This document shows positions 29,460 to 32,000 of a stretch of DNA of 32,000 nucleotides, piece after piece. The notes under the pieces are model-generated. The model did not search any database, was not told the origin of the DNA, and worked only from the letters and a program-made list of their open reading frames with translations. Location: NCBI RefSeq assembly GCF_000341395.1, contig NC_020304.1, positions 780,001 to 812,000 on the forward strand. Direction: 5' to 3'. This DNA is from Desulfocapsa sulfexigens DSM 10523 (lineage in GTDB: Bacteria; Desulfobacterota; Desulfobulbia; Desulfobulbales; Desulfocapsaceae). The position numbers and the translations under genes were made by a program. Position 1 is the first letter of the stretch. The number at the start of each line of letters is the position of its first letter.

Positions 29460-30029
29460 TCACACCTCCCTTTCCGCAAACACCAGATACCTGAACGGTG
29501 TATTCGATCGTAACGTATCGAATGGATAGCAGGTCAGAAGTGTCAAGGAAGACGCGTCACTTTCCTGAAAATAAAGATCCTCTGCTTTATGGATCACATT
29601 CTCCATGACTCTGTATTTTTGCAATCCCCCAATTACCGGCTGTATCGTTACAATATCATCCTTGCGCAGATCCTGTAAAAATTGAAAATTAGTGTCTCGG
29701 TGCCCTGCCAGAATACAATGGCCATTACTGCCAGGATCACTACTTCCAGGAAGATGTCCAGGCCCAAAGGCGAGCACCTCACCACTCTCTCCCTCAAGCA
29801 CAATCAAATCAACCCCAAGCCGCTCCACCTGTAGACGTGCTACGGGCCAGGTATCGGCCCAGGGCCACGGCTTTGTCTGTTCTCCGCTTGCCAGAGTTTG
29901 TTCCCAGGCGTGCTGCAAAAGAATCTGAGCAAGCACCGCCTTTGTCCGTATCCAACAGCCGTCAGCCAGGAGAAAACTGCCACCTGCCAGCAGGACAAAG
30001 ACGATGATGCGCAAAAGTCCTGTTTTCAT
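29460..30029 (-). CDS. Class GN (Gram-negative) sortase
   Basis: RLQVERLGVDLIVLEG, GHCILAGHRDTNFQFL, SLTLLTCYPF catalytic Cys, FRYLVFAE. Start at 30029 gives an ATGA overlap with the upstream gene (track start 30050). Confidence 0.92.
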   Translation of the reverse strand: MKTGLLRIIVFVLLAGGSFLLADGCWIRTKAVLAQILLQHAWEQTLASGEQTKPWPWADTWPVARLQVERLGVDLIVLEGESGEVLAFGPGHLPGSSDPGSNGHCILAGHRDTNFQFLQDLRKDDIVTIQPVIGGLQKYRVMENVIHKAEDLYFQESDASSLTLLTCYPFDTLRSNTPFRYLVFAEREV

Positions 30030-31651
30030 GCCCGCTGCCTCCTTCCCCAAAACAGAAATAAAAACGCAATAAGCAGCAGAAAGGCCCCAATAACAATTTG
30101 AAGCTGAGCAGGAGTCGCTGTTTTCGCAGTACCACCAAATATTTTCTGTGCCTGCCAGCCATGGGGAAGATTGCTTCTCAGGGCTGACTGACGAAGATCT
30201 TCTTCAGGAGGACGTGACACTTCTTTTTCAACTGCCACCAGACTGGTATAACGACTGACCAGATGATGGGCCAATGCGGTATTCAGCACTTCCCTCCGAA
30301 CATCCTCCTCCATTGCCCCAAGCGCCAGAGAATCCATCAGGGAACGAATCTTCTTTCTTGCCCAGAGTGTTGCAATCCCGGGCCTCTCTGCAAGTTTCTG
30401 CAAGTCCACTTGTTCCTGCCACAGATCAAGACCGAGATGACCACTGATACTCAGGACCTCCTGTTCATTTCCTTCCGGTATCTTCAGAGAAACCACCAGG
30501 GGCTCTCCCGCATAGAGGTCCGCAATGGGATTTGGATAACCCAGCAAAGACTTACCACTGCTGTTTTTCACCGCGATATCGGTGATCGCAGGATGCTCCA
30601 GTTTCTGAAACAACCGGGCCATCTTTTCCTCCACTTCACTCGTCTTTCCGATATAGGTATAACTCCCCCGCCCCATACCAGCTGCCCGTGACATAAAGTA
30701 GGAATTGGGAGCAGAACCGATGCCAACAGTAAAGAGACGGGAATCACCAAGCCGCGAGGCAATCATGGCAAGGAGTTCTTTTTCATTTCCAACACTGCCA
30801 TCGGTGAGAAACATAACCTGACGGATGCGCTCATGATTCTTTCTTCCATCAAGTGCCAGATCCAGTGCCCTGGCAATCTCGGTGCCCCCTTCAGCCTTGA
30901 GAGAACTGACAAACCTGATCGCCTTTTTCCGGTGTTCTGCATCGGCCGCTTCGGCGTGGTCAAATAACCTCCTGGAATCGGAATTAAATTCAATCACGTT
31001 GAAACGATCATGTTCGCTGAGACGTGAAATGGCGAGAATCAACGCTTCCCGTGCCTGGACAATTGAAGGGCCGGCCATAGATCCCGAGGTATCCAGCACA
31101 AAGACAACCTCCCTTGGAGGTGCCTGCCCGGTAAGATCAAGGGTCGGGGGACTGAGCATCATCAACAGATAGGTATCACCGCCATGTTTTTCGCTGAAAA
31201 GTGCTGCATGGGGATGATACTGTTGTGCCGCCTCCCATTCGAGAACAAAATCACGATCCGCCTTCACACTACCATCAAAGTGAAGCACCTTCACATCTCT
31301 CTCTTTGTCTTCCACGGTTATACCATGATAGAGACTCTCAAGCCTGGACACAGGAAATCCTGCAGCCAGTTCAACCATAAGACGAACTGGATTCTGCTGT
31401 CTATCTGATGCAACGGGAGGTGTGATTCGTGATGCGTCGGGAACCCGATCGGTATCCATGGCCCAGCCCGTACCACTAAACTGAATTGTCCCCACATCGC
31501 TATCCGCCATCAAAGGCCTTCCAGGGATATAACGTGGTCCAACCACCATGGGAAAGCGAAGGGAAAACACCCCATTGCTCAAAGCCACCACCTGCTGGAA
31601 CTGGATTTCAACCTCTATCTCTTCACCGGGAGGAATATTGGCAACGGCCAT
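30026..31651 (-). CDS. Marine proteobacterial sortase target protein, downstream portion (end of VIT domain, vWA domain, C-terminal sorting tail)
   Basis: VVFVLDTSGSMAGPSI MIDAS motif, FNVIEFNSDSRRLF, VMFLTDGSVGNE. C-terminal TAKTATPAQLQIVIGAFLLLIAFLFLFWGRRQRA. The real frame opens upstream at the A8 run, so the annotated ATG is internal. Confidence 0.88.
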   Translation of the reverse strand: MAVANIPPGEEIEVEIQFQQVVALSNGVFSLRFPMVVGPRYIPGRPLMADSDVGTIQFSGTGWAMDTDRVPDASRITPPVASDRQQNPVRLMVELAAGFPVSRLESLYHGITVEDKERDVKVLHFDGSVKADRDFVLEWEAAQQYHPHAALFSEKHGGDTYLLMMLSPPTLDLTGQAPPREVVFVLDTSGSMAGPSIVQAREALILAISRLSEHDRFNVIEFNSDSRRLFDHAEAADAEHRKKAIRFVSSLKAEGGTEIARALDLALDGRKNHERIRQVMFLTDGSVGNEKELLAMIASRLGDSRLFTVGIGSAPNSYFMSRAAGMGRGSYTYIGKTSEVEEKMARLFQKLEHPAITDIAVKNSSGKSLLGYPNPIADLYAGEPLVVSLKIPEGNEQEVLSISGHLGLDLWQEQVDLQKLAERPGIATLWARKKIRSLMDSLALGAMEEDVRREVLNTALAHHLVSRYTSLVAVEKEVSRPPEEDLRQSALRSNLPHGWQAQKIFGGTAKTATPAQLQIVIGAFLLLIAFLFLFWGRRQRA

Positions 31652-32000
31652 TGTGAAAATATTTGCTCGTTCCTGAGAGAGAAGAGAGGCCTTCTTTCCC
31701 TCTTTTTTTTGCCTTTTCGTACACCTTTTTTGCTTCTTCTTTCTCCCTTATCTCTCCTTCGATTAACCTTTCGCCAATTTTCATTCGCAGCTGATCCACA
31801 GCAGATTCATCTGGCAGAGGAAAAACATAAATCGCCTCCTGCCACCGATCCGTGTTATTGGCAAAGCGTTGCCGAACCATGGTTCTTGCCGTCATGGCGC
31901 TTATATATATCTCCACATCCTGTGAAAGCTGTGGTGCAGCTTCATATTTTCCTTCATTACCACTCGCAGCAAAGAGCAAAGAACCCTGCTGCACATCCGA
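31623..32000 (-). CDS. Upstream portion of the same sortase target protein (N-terminal VIT domain), frame-disrupted and truncated by window edge
   Basis: SQDVEIYISAMTARTMVRQRFANNTDRWQEAIYVFPLPDESAVDQLRMKIGERLIEGEIREKEEAKKVYEKAKK is a VIT domain start. The domain continues (KEGKKASLLSQERANIFTMAVANIPPGEEIEVEIQF) in another frame after an A8 tract. The frame is open to position 32000. Confidence 0.85.
   Translation of the reverse strand, partial: SDVQQGSLLFAASGNEGKYEAAPQLSQDVEIYISAMTARTMVRQRFANNTDRWQEAIYVFPLPDESAVDQLRMKIGERLIEGEIREKEEAKKVYEKAKKRGKEGLSSLSGTSKYFHNGRCQYSSR

Noticed and set aside
1-32000. CRISPR array, retron, toxin-antitoxin pair or canonical defence operon
   Set aside because: I saw no regularly spaced repeats, reverse transcriptase, nuclease/methylase pair or recognisable TA module in any reading frame.

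Overview
The window reads as a Desulfobacterota-like chromosome segment (taxonomic guess from gene content only) with three parts. (1) 1-~2855: an accessory island with an outer-membrane-protein start, two lipoproteins, an ardA-like antirestriction gene and two small overlapping or adjacent ORFs. It abuts the precise 5' half of a tRNA-Leu(CAA) gene, cut at the anticodon arm. (2) ~2960-22960: mostly core genes. A long co-directional minus-strand array carries pgsA, a lytic transglycosylase, a transaldolase-like gene, folK, dapB, dapA, dapF, lysA, an FN3 lipoprotein, argH, argG, argF, argD and argB. A plus-strand group follows: lptA-lptB-rpoN-WYL regulator. A minus-strand DUF4105-like protein and a lipoprotein complete this part. 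(3) 23278-32000: a complete IS4-family element with 18-bp perfect inverted repeats and a 9-bp target duplication, a solute-binding protein adjacent to a hybrid histidine kinase, a Rossmann-like/histidine-kinase fusion, and a Gram-negative sortase/VIT-vWA target pair whose target gene is split at an A8 run. The best follow-ups are the severed tRNA-Leu/ardA island boundary, the Rossmann-kinase fusion, the A8 frameshift plus degenerate sorting motif, and the binding-protein/kinase pair. I found no convincing wholly new system, CRISPR array or classical defence operon.
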